A stretch of 64,000 nucleotides of DNA from Pseudomonadota bacterium (lineage in GTDB: Bacteria; Myxococcota; JACRCW01; JAFGSX01), in NCBI GenBank assembly GCA_043821645.1, contig JBDRCO010000089.1, forward strand, positions 1 to 64,000. The letters are read 5' to 3'. This document shows positions 28,485 through 43,800 of this stretch, piece by piece. The notes beneath the pieces were generated by a model that was not told where the DNA came from, ran no database searches, and saw only the letters and a list, made by a program, of their open reading frames with translations. Made by a program: the position numbers and the translations under genes. How positions within the stretch are numbered: position 1 is the stretch's first letter; every line of letters starts with the position of its first letter.

Positions 28485-30212
28485 ATGACGCGGATTGGCA
28501 GCCCGACAGCGAGCAGCACCCCATCGCGGACCGCGGAGAGCCCGGGCGCGGAGTCGGGCACCCAGGTGGCTGGCCACGTCGACGGCAACGAGGCGGAGGT
28601 CGAGCTGAGCCATGCGCTGGGTGAGCACACCGCGATCTCGGGTGAGGTCGACCTCGACGCCGAGGGCGTGCGGCGGGCGCATGTCGCGCTGGAGCACTTC
28701 AGTGGGCGGGACGATCGCTTTCGCCTGTCGGCCAAGCTGGGCACCAGCCAGATGGACGAGGCCCTGCGCGGATCGACGGTGCTGGGCAAGGTGCAGCTCG
28801 ACATGGCGGACTCGCCTCTGGTGGGACCGCTGTCGCATCGCTTCTCGCTCAAAGTCGGCGGCGCCCACATTCCCGGCGATGCGTCTGTACGCAGCGGGGT
28901 CGGACCCGAGGGCGTGACCCTCCTCGGAGTGGGCGCCCATTACGGTGTGGGCCTCGATGCACGCATCGGAGGGGAACGCGGGGTGCGGCTCACCGGCGAC
29001 TACGGCGTCGGTGCCGACCTCTTCATCGAGCCCGCGCCCAGCACCGAATCGCGGGCCGCCTTCACCTCGGGGACTGGCTTCGGCGCCTTCGATATTGCCA
29101 AGACTGCGGGTTTCTCGGACATCACGCTGTCCGCTCACACGCGCGCGGCCTACGGTCTGGGCGACCATGCGGAGCTGAGCCTGCGCCACGATGTGCAGTA
29201 CTCGCTGGACGATCCCACCGTGCGCAGCATCGTCGACGACCACGCCGTGACCGCCGGAGCGCGGGTTGACCTCGGAGACGACGTCACTGCCGGCGCCAGT
29301 CTGCGGGTACCGCTCGAGAACCGGACCCGACGGCCGGGGGAGGGGGAGGACGGCGTGCAGGCCCGGCTGGACCTGGGATGGAAGCCAGACCCCAGACTCG
29401 ACGTGGCAGGCTATGCCATGACCACGGGGAACCGCTTCTCGGGAGCTGGTGTGGCGGCGGACCTCGCCGTCAAGCCCAACATCGACGTCGGAGCCTTCTA
29501 CCGCTACGACGCACAGACCGGCAACCACAGCGCCGGCGTGGGGGTGACGATTCGTTTCGGCGGATCCTCTTCAAAGCCTCGCTCGACGGATGCACAGCGC
29601 TACCTCGATCGCCCGCGCACCGACTGGGGCCAGGACAGGCGCACGGACCTGTCGGGGAACCGCAGCGAGCGGCCCCCGAACAGGGCGGTGCGACCCGGGG
29701 ACGTCGGCGGTTTGCCGGACCTGAGCGCCATGAGCTACGACCAGGCCATGACCGCCATCGACACGCCCGAGAAGGCGGCAGCACTGCTCTCGCATGGTGC
29801 CTATTTCGAGTACGGCTTTCACCAGGACGAGCTGGCCAAGTTCTCACCCCGCGAGGCCTACGCGCGCCGCACCGGAGTGGTCTGCGCCGAACAGCACGCG
29901 GTGCAGGCCCAGGCGCTCAATCACAACGGCTACAGCGCGCACAATGTGCAGTTCCTCTCCAATGGCGTCGCTCACGTCGTCACCGCCTACCAGGACAAGA
30001 GCACGGGGCAGTGGAACATCATCGACTACAACCGCATTCACGAGACCCAGGGAACCACGCTGCAGGAAGCCATGCAGCGCTATGAACCCGGAACCTACGA
30101 ATACAAGGTGCTCGACTACTCGGACACGACCTCGAGGACAGAGCGGCCCCGGGTCATCGAGGTGGATCGTTCGGCCGTGGTACGCGAGGTCCGGCGCTTC
30201 TGGGACGACTGA
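28485..30212 (+). CDS. Hypothetical protein: beta-barrel-like N-terminal part plus transglutaminase/papain-like C-terminal domain
   Basis: Amphipathic beta strands ending GVGVTIRF (F358); putative triad C467 (GVVCAE), H497 (AHVV), D514 (WNIIDY); GAGGGAG RBS. Confidence 0.7.
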   Translation: MTRIGSPTASSTPSRTAESPGAESGTQVAGHVDGNEAEVELSHALGEHTAISGEVDLDAEGVRRAHVALEHFSGRDDRFRLSAKLGTSQMDEALRGSTVLGKVQLDMADSPLVGPLSHRFSLKVGGAHIPGDASVRSGVGPEGVTLLGVGAHYGVGLDARIGGERGVRLTGDYGVGADLFIEPAPSTESRAAFTSGTGFGAFDIAKTAGFSDITLSAHTRAAYGLGDHAELSLRHDVQYSLDDPTVRSIVDDHAVTAGARVDLGDDVTAGASLRVPLENRTRRPGEGEDGVQARLDLGWKPDPRLDVAGYAMTTGNRFSGAGVAADLAVKPNIDVGAFYRYDAQTGNHSAGVGVTIRFGGSSSKPRSTDAQRYLDRPRTDWGQDRRTDLSGNRSERPPNRAVRPGDVGGLPDLSAMSYDQAMTAIDTPEKAAALLSHGAYFEYGFHQDELAKFSPREAYARRTGVVCAEQHAVQAQALNHNGYSAHNVQFLSNGVAHVVTAYQDKSTGQWNIIDYNRIHETQGTTLQEAMQRYEPGTYEYKVLDYSDTTSRTERPRVIEVDRSAVVREVRRFWDD

Positions 30213-30234
30213 GGGGCGAGCTGCGTGATCCGCC

Positions 30235-31512
30235 ATGGCCAAGAAGAAGAAAACGCAGGCCGAAGGACGCGAGCTTGGCAAGCTTCTGGCTGACGGACAG
30301 CTCGAGCGGGCCCTGGCGTGCGCCAACACCCTGCTTGACGCCCGCGAAGGCTTACCGCAAGCCCTGCAGGCACACCTGACGCATGCGCGGGTCGCCCTCG
30401 CGCGCGGGGACACCGAGGTCGCCGAGCGCGCGCTGCTCGAGGCCCGGATGCTGGCCCCGGACGACGTCGAGCTGCAGACCTTGCTCGCCCACCAGGCCCT
30501 CGACGAGGAGCGACCCGAGAAGGCCGTGCACCACCTGCAGCGCATTCGCGCGGTCACCGGGCGTGATCTTGGCTCCAGTGCCCGGCTCGCCCTGGCACGC
30601 CTTGCCAGCGGCAGTGGGCTGCCCGAGCTTGCGGTGAAGGCCCTGCAGGACGCCGTGGAAAGAGCGCCCGAGGACCGCAACCTGTCCGTGCTGCTCGCGA
30701 CCGCGCTGCTCAATGCCGGACGCGCGGATCAGGCCATGTCCCTGCTGCAGCAGCACTGCGCGCGTTTTCCCGACGACAGCACGGCCTGGCAGATGGGCGG
30801 GCGTCTGCTGGCAGCGCACGCGGAGGCGTCGACCTGTCTGCTGTGGTGTCGCGAGGCGGTGGCGGCCTGTCCCGACGAACGGAGCCTGCACGTGCAGCTG
30901 CTGTCCGCGGCGGCGGCCGGGCAGCAGTACGGCGCGGCCCGCACGAGTGTGGAGCTGCTGCGACGCCAGGCCGCGACCGAACCAGAACTGCACGCGCCCC
31001 TTGCCATTTTTTACCTCGCCACCGGCAAGCACGATCTGGCGCTCGCCAGCGTCGCTGCGCTGCAGGCAGCGCTGCCGGATCACGCGGACCTCCGACGCAT
31101 CCAGGCCGCGACCTTGCTTCAGAAGGCACGCAGCAAGGTGCGTGGCAGCCGTGCTCAGGTGCTGGTGGAGCAAGCGCGAACCCTGCTCGAGGAACAGCTC
31201 CAGCGCTCTCCCGAGGATGCCGCCGCCGCTGTGGATCTCAGTGCGATCCTGCTGCAGGGCGACGTGCGCGACCGCGAACGCGCCCAGGCGTTGCTGGACC
31301 GCACCCTGCTGAGACAGCCCACGCTGGCGTCGGCGCTGAGCAATCGTGCGGCGCTGCACGCGATCTCGGGAGAGGCAGGCAAGGCGAGCGTGCTGGCACG
31401 GCGAGCTCTGGAGCATGCGCGGGCGGGTACCCCGGCGGCCCTGCAGGCCCGGCGCATTCTGGACGCGGGGGATCCGAGCCAGGCCGGAGCAGGCGTGACC
31501 AATCCCAGGTGA
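30235..31512 (+). CDS. Tetratricopeptide repeat protein
   Basis: Repeated A/L-rich helical pairs with PDD/PED turns. Confidence 0.75.
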   Translation: MAKKKKTQAEGRELGKLLADGQLERALACANTLLDAREGLPQALQAHLTHARVALARGDTEVAERALLEARMLAPDDVELQTLLAHQALDEERPEKAVHHLQRIRAVTGRDLGSSARLALARLASGSGLPELAVKALQDAVERAPEDRNLSVLLATALLNAGRADQAMSLLQQHCARFPDDSTAWQMGGRLLAAHAEASTCLLWCREAVAACPDERSLHVQLLSAAAAGQQYGAARTSVELLRRQAATEPELHAPLAIFYLATGKHDLALASVAALQAALPDHADLRRIQAATLLQKARSKVRGSRAQVLVEQARTLLEEQLQRSPEDAAAAVDLSAILLQGDVRDRERAQALLDRTLLRQPTLASALSNRAALHAISGEAGKASVLARRALEHARAGTPAALQARRILDAGDPSQAGAGVTNPR

Positions 31513-31539
31513 CGAGGCGGACCAACCCCGAGGAACCGG

Positions 31540-32313
31540 ATGCCCTTGCTGTGCAGCATGATCTTGACCCTGGCGGGTGCGCTGATGGTGCTCACCGGTA
31601 TCCCGGCGGTGGCCTCGTCCGTGACCTTCATTTATTCCAGCCTCGGAGGGCTCCTCGAGTCGCAGCTCGCCGGCCAGCCGCAGGACATGGTGCAAACCTT
31701 CGAGCGCTGGGGAGTCTGGATCGGGATGTTTGGACTCGCCTTCAACGGGCTGCAGGTCTCGGTTGGCGTGGGCCTCATCTGGCGGCGTGCCTGGGCCCGT
31801 CAAGTCGCGGTGGTGGTCACGGGACTGTGGTTCCTGGCTTGGTTGCTGGCGGGGATCTTCTTCTTTCCCTTGCTTCTCGGGCTGGGGATACCCGCGCTGC
31901 TGCTGCTCGCGCTGCTGCACCCCGACGGTGCCGAGCAGTTCTACGCGCAACCGGTGCCTGGAGTGCCCGGAGCCTGGTCCGAAAAGATCGTGCCGAACAC
32001 GATGTGGGTCATTGTGGGCATTCTCGTGGTGGGAACCTCCGCGGTGTCCATCTATGGTGCCCGCGTGACGATACCCCTGGCTGCAGAGTCCCTGGCTGAG
32101 GGCTTCGACCGGGCTCGGCAGCGTGCCGCGGAAAAAAGGAGCGGGGTGCGCGAGGCTGGCGACGGGGCTGAGGGAGCGCAGGACCCCAGCGCACCGGTGT
32201 TGCGACGCGGCGGTTTCTTCACCTTCACCGACGACAAGGGTGTCACCCACGCCGTGGACAGCTGGGACAAGATACCACAGCGCCATCGGGGCAAGGCCCA
32301 GCGCGTCGAGTGA
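31540..32313 (+). CDS. Multi-pass membrane protein with C-terminal DUF4124-like motif
   Basis: Several TM helices; FTDDKGVTHAVDSWDKIPQRHR. Confidence 0.7.
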   Translation: MPLLCSMILTLAGALMVLTGIPAVASSVTFIYSSLGGLLESQLAGQPQDMVQTFERWGVWIGMFGLAFNGLQVSVGVGLIWRRAWARQVAVVVTGLWFLAWLLAGIFFFPLLLGLGIPALLLLALLHPDGAEQFYAQPVPGVPGAWSEKIVPNTMWVIVGILVVGTSAVSIYGARVTIPLAAESLAEGFDRARQRAAEKRSGVREAGDGAEGAQDPSAPVLRRGGFFTFTDDKGVTHAVDSWDKIPQRHRGKAQRVE

Positions 32314-32329
32314 GCGCCCCCCGCGACCT

Positions 32330-32950
32330 TCAGGGTGTCGCGGGCTGCGCGCTGAAGCGCACGCTGGCTAGCAGGCCCTCCCAGGTCGGCCCGATGGCGT
32401 CGAACTGGTCTTCCGTCGCCGTGACCCCCAGCGACAGCACGCGCTCGCCGCGCCGGACCAGAAGCTGATCCTTGCGCCAGCGACGACCCTCCCGCTCGAA
32501 CATCGTCTCCATGCGAATGCCGTCGACACCATCGCGCGAGAACGCCACGGTGCGCAGTAGCTTGCCCTGCGGGTCGATGGTCTTGAGTTCGTCGAGGAGC
32601 TGGCCCTTGAGTGCCAGAGCGCTGTCGACCGCACCCTTCGCCGGGCCGGGGGTCTGGGCCTGGAGGAGCCACACGGCCTGCGCCGCGGGATCGCCCTCGG
32701 GGGCCAGCAGGTGGTGACCATCGGCCTGGGCCGAAACCGTCCAGGTCACGGGCAGATCGAGACGCAGCCCCAGGTCCTGGATGTCGACGGTCTTGAGCGC
32801 CGGGGCGGCGTCCGGGCTGGCCATGGCGGCGTCGGGTTTGGCGGCCGCCACGGGGGGAGGTGGCACCGGTTCCGGAGGCGCGGGTCGCGCACACGCTGCA
32901 ACGCTCACCGCCACCAAGGCGACGATCCAATGCGCTCCCGAGGTGTTCAT
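32330..32950 (-). CDS. Lipoprotein, PsbP/DcrB-like fold
   Basis: ATG 32950 with AAGGAG RBS; lipobox VAAC; LDLPVTW...FDAIGPTWEGLLASVRF. Confidence 0.72.
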   Translation of the reverse strand: MNTSGAHWIVALVAVSVAACARPAPPEPVPPPPVAAAKPDAAMASPDAAPALKTVDIQDLGLRLDLPVTWTVSAQADGHHLLAPEGDPAAQAVWLLQAQTPGPAKGAVDSALALKGQLLDELKTIDPQGKLLRTVAFSRDGVDGIRMETMFEREGRRWRKDQLLVRRGERVLSLGVTATEDQFDAIGPTWEGLLASVRFSAQPATP

Positions 32951-33069
32951 GACCGGCTCCTTGTTCCTGGTGGTCGCCCAGCGTGGGACACACGCGATCC
33001 GCACCGCCCGCACCTTATGCGTGGTGGAGCTCCCAGAAAAGGTGATCCAGGCACCGATCCCCATTATCC

Positions 33070-36993
<3,924 letters not shown>

Positions 36994-37022
36994 AGCGGGG
37001 GACGGAACGCTTGGGGGGGCAG

Positions 37023-37073
37023 GGGTACGGTTGCCGTACCCGGCTTGCGGCGCGCGCGAATCATGTATAAGGT
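37023..37073 (+). promoter_or_regulatory. Hairpin followed by a possible sigma70 promoter of the glt cluster
   Basis: GGGTACGG-TTG-CCGTACCC (37023-37041); TTGCGG-N17-TAAGGT (37045-37073). Confidence 0.4.
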
Positions 37074-37316
37074 TCGCCCGCTCCGAGGGTTCCCCGGGCC
37101 CCGCAGCACGTCGTGGCCCGGTGCATGTTGGTTGGGTGGACTGCGGCCGAACCTGGCCATGCGCGACGCGCTGCCAGGTCCAGCCTGCCGAGATGCCCGA
37201 GGAGCGGTGCCGGCGGAAGAACAGTCGCTGGCCTGCTCTGGAGAGAGGGGACATCCGTCCCCCCCTCGACAGGAAGGGGCGTGACGCGCGCCCCTTGAAC
37301 GTACAGCGAGGCGATC

Positions 37317-38150
37317 ATGCACCTGCAACGCTCCCTTCTTCCTCTCGCGGTTCTGCTGACATCCGTGTTCATGCAGGTGTCCCCGAGCAGGGCCGAGGCC
37401 ACGCCGAACGATCTGCCGCTCATCGAGAGCAAGCTGTTCCCGATGGGCTTCAAGATCGAGCTGTCCCCCCTGTACAACTATTCGATCAACGACAAGTATA
37501 CCCACCACACAGGTCTGCAGCTGGTGGCGGGTTTTCACATCTTCGAGTTCCTCGCCATCGAGCTGTTCGGGGGCTACCACCTCAACGGCTTCGGCGAGCT
37601 CAACAGCATCGGCGGCTATCCCTCGGCCATGAAGAGCGGCTGGACCAGCCTGACCGACGCGGTCAACGCCTACACGCACTCGACGGACGCGCCCGACTTC
37701 CTGCGCAACAAGGCGCTGGAGCTGCCCGATCTGTATTACCAGTCCTGGTTCGCGGGTGGCGACGTCATGTTCTCGCCCTTCTACGGCAAGTGGAGCATCG
37801 TGTCCGAGCTGGGCGGCAGCATCTACGTGTACGGCCTCCTGGGCGGTGGCGTCTCGGGCACCACCAAGGAGGACTACAGGACTCCCGGCGCCGTGATCAC
37901 GGGGCCCCTCGTGTTTCCGCTGCACTACGGCGTGGGCACGCGCATCTTCTTCACCAAGTGGCTCGCGCTGCGCGTCGAGCTGCGCGACTACTGGTGGCTC
38001 AACCCCGAGGTCCAGGAGCAGGTCTCCGAGACCGACACCACCGATCCCTGCCCCGGCGGCTACTGCCTGACCGTCGACGGCAAGAAGCAGCAGTTCATGG
38101 ATTTCAGCCGCACCACCCTGCTGCAGGCCGGTGTGAGTTTCATGTTCTAG
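37317..38150 (+). CDS. GltA/GltB (NfsA/B)-family outer-membrane beta-barrel
   Basis: IESKLF...IELSP...SINDKY, FSPFYGK, LRVELRDY, terminal SFMF; context. Confidence 0.82.
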   Translation: MHLQRSLLPLAVLLTSVFMQVSPSRAEATPNDLPLIESKLFPMGFKIELSPLYNYSINDKYTHHTGLQLVAGFHIFEFLAIELFGGYHLNGFGELNSIGGYPSAMKSGWTSLTDAVNAYTHSTDAPDFLRNKALELPDLYYQSWFAGGDVMFSPFYGKWSIVSELGGSIYVYGLLGGGVSGTTKEDYRTPGAVITGPLVFPLHYGVGTRIFFTKWLALRVELRDYWWLNPEVQEQVSETDTTDPCPGGYCLTVDGKKQQFMDFSRTTLLQAGVSFMF

Positions 38151-38212
38151 AACCGACGCCCGTCGACACCCGGGAGCAGTCCCGGTGACGACGGTGGTTC
38201 GCGAGGCGCGAC

Positions 38213-39106
38213 ATGACGAACCGCATGCCCGTGTTGACGAAGACCTGGCTCCCGGTCCTGCTCGCCATTGCCCTGGCGCTGCCGGGTGCCGTGCGCGCGC
38301 AGGACGACGACTTCATCCCGCCGCCGCCCGACGAGGGCGACAGCAGCCCCGCGGCGGTGCCCGAGGGTCCAGGCGAAGAGCCTGCGACGCCAGCGGCGCC
38401 GCGCGAGATGGTGGAGAGCGAGGAGGCCGCGAGCCCGTCACAGGATCGCGCGCCCGAGAGCGCGGCCAAGCAGGACCTGGAGAGTGACGAGACGATCTAC
38501 GTCATCCAGAAGAAGGCCAACATCATCGGTGGCCACTTCGAGCTGAGCCCGCAGTTCGTGCTCTCCTTCAACGACCGCTTCACCAACCACTACGGGTTCA
38601 TGGTGGCGGCCATGTACCACCTGCGCGAGAACGTCGGCGTGGAGCTGGCGGGCGGCTACCTGTTCGGCTTCCCGTCGGAGATCACCAGCGAGATCCGGGA
38701 GAAGGGACGTCTGGCCCCCGAGCCGGTGGATCTCTACGCCCTGACCTGGGTCGCCACCGCGAACGTCCAGTGGTCCCCGATCTACGGCAAGGTGAGCGTG
38801 CTCGATCTGGCCCTGGGCCATTACTCCCTGTACTTCTCCGTCGGCACCGGCATGACCGGCCTCGCCCTCGAGCGTTACTTCGATGCCCCGGGTCAGCAGT
38901 ACGAGCTGGCCTGGCCCTTCGCCTTCACCTCGACCATCGGCGCAGGACTGCGCGTCTACTTCCTCGACTGGCTGGGCGCGCGTATCGAGGTTCGTGACTA
39001 CGTGCAGGCGAACATGGTGGACAAGGAGATCACGAACTTCTCGTTCACGTACTTCGACGTGCAGAACTACTACATGCTCCAGGCCGGAGTGACCTTCATC
39101 TTCTAG
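38213..39106 (+). CDS. GltA/GltB (NfsA/B)-family outer-membrane beta-barrel
   Basis: VIQKK...FELSP...SFNDRF, WSPIYGK, RIEVRDY, terminal TFIF; paralogous to the preceding gene. Confidence 0.82.
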   Translation: MTNRMPVLTKTWLPVLLAIALALPGAVRAQDDDFIPPPPDEGDSSPAAVPEGPGEEPATPAAPREMVESEEAASPSQDRAPESAAKQDLESDETIYVIQKKANIIGGHFELSPQFVLSFNDRFTNHYGFMVAAMYHLRENVGVELAGGYLFGFPSEITSEIREKGRLAPEPVDLYALTWVATANVQWSPIYGKVSVLDLALGHYSLYFSVGTGMTGLALERYFDAPGQQYELAWPFAFTSTIGAGLRVYFLDWLGARIEVRDYVQANMVDKEITNFSFTYFDVQNYYMLQAGVTFIF

Positions 39107-39115
39107 GAGCCGCCC

Positions 39116-40775
39116 ATGACGTCCAAGCAGTTCCTTTTCTGCGTGCTCCTCGCCACGGCGACGATCGCATCGGGTCGCGCCCAGGCCCAGAACATCGACA
39201 AGGCCATCGATGCCTACAAGAGTGGTCAGTACGATGAGGCCGCGGTGCGCTTCTTCGAGGTGCTGCGCTTTGATCAGAGCGAGGGCAACATCGTCGAGGC
39301 CGAGTATGGCATCGCCCAGTCGCTGCTCAAGCTCGACCTGACCCTGCCCGCGATCCGTTACTACGAGAACATCATCGCCGCGGGCGCCACGCACCCGTAC
39401 TACCTGAAGGCCTTCGAGGGGCTCCTCGAGGCCGCGGAGCGCCTGCAGGACGACCTCGTCGTCCCGGCCATCCTTGACAAGAAGTACTCCAGCGCCCTTG
39501 CCAAGCTGCAGCCCGAGGTCATCCAGCGCATCCATTACTACCTCGGCGAGCGCCTGTACAAGCAGCAGAAGCGGGGCGAGGCCCTGGACTTTTTGCGCAC
39601 GGTCAAGAAGGAGAACCCGACCTACTCCAAGGCCCAGTACCTGATCGGAATGACCTTCCTGGGCAAGGCCGCGGGCGAGCGCGCGGAATACGACAAGGCC
39701 ATCGAGGCCTTCGAGGGTGTGCGCACCGCCATCGCCGCGGACAGCGCGGATCTCGAGCGCCGTAACCTGCGGGAGCTGGCCACCCTGGCCCTGGCTCGTG
39801 TGTATTACGAGATGGGCGCACAGATGCCCGCCGAGGACGCCAAGGAAGAGACCAAGCCGAACCTCGAGAAGCAGAGCCTGCTGCGCAAGAGCATCGATCT
39901 TTACCAGGAGATCCCGCGCTTCTCGCCCAACTGGGGCGACGCCTTGTACGAGCGGGCCTGGGCCCACATCATCATCCCGGTGCAAGGCACGAACTCCAAG
40001 GGCGAGCCCATCGTGACCCAGGAGTACGGCAAGGCCCTGGGCGCGCTGCACACCATTCATGCACCGTACTTTGTTCGCGACTACTGGCCCGAGAGCTACA
40101 TTCTCAAGGGCATCGTCTACTTCTACAACTGCCACTTCGATCGCGTGTACAAGGTGCTCAAGGTTCTCAACGAGCAGTACGAGCCCATGAATGGCGTGCT
40201 CGAGCGCATCCTCAAGCAGCCCGGTGTTCCCGACGAGGCGTAACTACGATCTGCTCGTCGACAGTCTCAAGGCCGACAAGCCTGTGACCGCGCTCATCGA
40301 TGCCGAACCCAAGGACCTGCTGCTGCCCGGCCGCGTGGCGCGCAGCCTGGCCCGCGATCCGCAGTGGGGCAAGCTCACGCACTTCATGGCCAAGCTCAAG
40401 CAAGAGGCCAAGCTCGTCGAGGGCAACAAGACCCTTGCCGGCGGCGAGATCGGTAACGAGATCCTGATGGTGATCGACAAGAATCTGCAGCAGTTCCAGG
40501 GTGTGGCCGGACGCTGGGTGCGGCGCCAGCTCACCGACACCCAGAATTACCTGCAGAGCTACGTCAACCGCTCGATCATCGTCAAGCTCGAGACCGAGAG
40601 CGCCGAGAAGGACTGGCTCGAGCTCGGTCGTTCCATCGACAAGGCCGCGCGGCCTCAGCTACCCCGACCCTACATTCCCAACGACAGGTTCCAGTACTTC
40701 ACGTTCAACAGCGAGTACTGGTCCGACGAGCTGGGCTACTACGAGTACTCGATCCGGACCGAGTGCTACGAGTGA
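39116..40775 (+). pseudogene. gltC: GltC/NfsC-like TPR protein split by a +1 frameshift at 40241-40243 (true lesion or sequence error)
   Basis: The first frame stops at GCG TAA. The +1 frame continues NYDLLVDSL...FNSEYWSDELGYYEYSIRTEC, the GltC-type C-terminal motif. Confidence 0.82.
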
Positions 40776-40823
40776 TCGAGTCGACCGGTGTCGTTTCTCC
40801 GTGACCGATGCAGTGAGGTGATC

Positions 40824-43800
40824 ATGCGGCGTCATCGAACAGGGGGCCTGAGATCGGTGCTCCTTGTCTTTGCCCTGAGTACGGCAGCCTTCTTCGTCGT
40901 CGACCAGTTCACGGATGTGCAGGTCGCCTATGCCAAGAAGAAAAAGAAGAAAAAGAAAAAGAAGAAGAAGGCGCCCAAGACCGAGGCCAGCGAGACCAAG
41001 GCCCAGGCCTGCAAGGACGACGGCGATTGCAGGACGGGTCAGGTCTGCGAGAAGGACCTGTGCATCGAGGAGTCCAAGGCCACCAAGGCCGAGGGCGAGC
41101 CGAAAAAACCCGACGATACGCCGCTGCGGACCACCGGCCCCGCCAAGCTGCGCATTCCGACCAGCGACAAGAACTTCGACCGCTCGGCCAAGGCGGATGC
41201 CAAGCGCGACGAGGTCATCACCGACATCAAGAAGATCCTGCCCACCATGAAGGGGCCGCAGAAGGCGGAGCTGATCTTCCGCCTGGCCGAGATGTACTGG
41301 GAGAAGTCCAAGTTCATCGAGTCCGTCGAGTGGGCCGAGTTCGAGAAGGACGTGCAGGCCTGGGTCGACGGAGGCATGAAGGGCAAGGAGCCCAAGCCAG
41401 ACAGCTACCAGCGTCAGAGCGTGGTCTACAAGAAGCAGGCCCTGGCCAACTACCAGACCATCCTCGAGCAATACAAGGAGTACCCCCGCCGCGACGAGGT
41501 GCTCTACATCATGGCCTACAACCAGTACGACGCCGGCCAGAAGCGAGAGGCGGTGCGCAATTACTGGGAGCTGATCAAGCAGTATCCGGAGAGCCAGTAC
41601 GTGGGCGATGCCTACCTGGCCATGGGCGAGCACTACTTCAACTCGAACCAGGTGCTCAAGGCACGCAAGGCCTTCCTCGAGGCGCTGAAGACCAAGAAGC
41701 CCAAGATTTACAGCTTCGCGCTCTACAAGCTGGCCTGGTGTGACTACAACCTGCAGGAATTCGAAGCCGCCATCGACAAGTTCAAGAAGGTCATCGACTA
41801 CGCCGAGCGGCAGGTGGGGAAGTCCAAGGAGGGTGAGCGCGACAATGTCCAGCTCAAGAACGAGGCGCTCAACGACGTCACCTTGACCTTCAGCCACGTC
41901 GACGCGGTGGATACAGCCTACGAGTACGTGCGCAAGAAGGGCGGCGACAAGCTGGCGCGCTCGCTCACCGAGAAGCTGGCGCGCATCTACAACGACCAGG
42001 GCAAGTTCGACCAGGAGATCATGACTTACAGGCTCCTGATCAACACCTACCCCGACGACGCAGCCTGCCCGGACTTCCAGTCCAGCATCGTGGCGGCCTT
42101 CGCCAAGCTGGGCAAACGCGGCGAGGTGCGGACCGAGGTGCGCCGGCTGGTCGAGCTGTACCGGCCCGGCTCACCGTGGTGGAAGAAGAACGAGAGCAAC
42201 AAGGCAGCGCTGGAGCGGGCGCGGGACACCGCCGAGAGCCGCATGCGCGAGCTGGTCACCGACTACCACCAGTACTGCCAGAAGTTCAAGAAGAGGCCAG
42301 ACTGCACGCTGTCCAAGGATATCTACGCCGAGTACCTGCAGGTGTTTCCGGACACGGAATACGCCTACCGCATGCGCTTCTTCTACGCCGAGATCCTGTG
42401 GGACCTCGGTCTGTACAAGGACGCGGGTGATCAGTACGACAAGGTCGTGGACAAGGATCCCAAGGGTGAATACTCCCGCGTCGCAGCCTTCAACTCGGTG
42501 TTGACCTGGGAGAAGATCGTCGCCGGCATCGAGAAGGACGAGAACAAGGCCATCGAGGGCATCGACGATCACAAGACCAAGAAGCGCGACCCCAGCCGCT
42601 CGACCAAGATCAAGCTCGAGAAGAACTACAAGGAGGCCGCCAAGCGCGGCAAGACCTTCGAGCAGCAGCCCATCCCCGAGAATGAACTCAAGCTGGCTGC
42701 CGCCTGCGACCGCTACGTGGCCATCGTGCCCGAAAAGGAAGCCAAGAAGGACAAGGAGATCCTCGAGGAGCTGGTGGCCGTCAAGTTCAAGGCCGGCGCC
42801 ATCTACCAGAAGTACTACCACTTCAAGGATGCGGCGCAGCGCTTCGGCGAGCTCATTGATCGCTGGCCCGCCCACAACCTGGCCCGGGCCGGCGCGGACC
42901 TGATCCTCGATAGCTTCGACGCCCGCGAGGACTGGACCGAGCTCAACAAGTGGTCGCGGAGCTTCCAGAAGAACAAGTCCCTGATGGCCGACAAGAAGTT
43001 CGCGGACCAGATCGACAAGTATGTCGAGGGCTCGAGCTTCAAGGAGATCATGGTCATCTACGCCAAGGCCAACGTCTTGCTGGAGCAGAAGAAGTCCGCC
43101 GAAGCACAGCCCATGTTTGGCGACGCGGCGAGCCGCTTCAGGGCCTTCCAGAAGGAGTTCCCGGGCAGCCAGTTCTCGCCCATCGCGCTGTTCAACTCGA
43201 CCGTGGTCTATGACCGCGCCAAGGAGCTGGATCGCGCCATCGACTCCGCGGAGCTGCTGCTCAAGCAGTATGACAAGGAGCTGGACCAGGGCGACAACAA
43301 GAAGAACGACCTCAAGCCCAAGACCCTGCTCTACCTGGCCTCGTTCTACGAGCGCATCGCTGACTTCGAGCGCGCCGCGCAGTACTACGAGCAGTACGTC
43401 GACAAGTACAAGACCAACGACAAGGCCACCGACGCCCTTTACAACGCCGGCATCTTGTACCAGGGGCTCGGTGACACCAAGCGCGCCATCGCGGTCTTTG
43501 GCAAGTACATCAAGGACTTCAAGGACGCCAAGGACGTGCCCCAGGTGTACTGGAAGATCGCCAACATCTATGTCGAGGAAGAAGACTGGCGGCGGGCCGC
43601 GGTGCTGTTCGGAGAGTTCGAGCAGCGATTCCCCAAGGCGGACCCGGTGCTGCAGTTCGAGAGTCGCTACCGACTGGCCGAGAACCTGTGGCGTGACAAT
43701 CGTGGCAAGGACGCCATGAAGGTCTGTGAAGACCTGACCATGCGTTATGCCAAGGCCAGTGCCGACGTGAAGAAGGTGCCGGTGGTGCAGGAGGCCGCAG

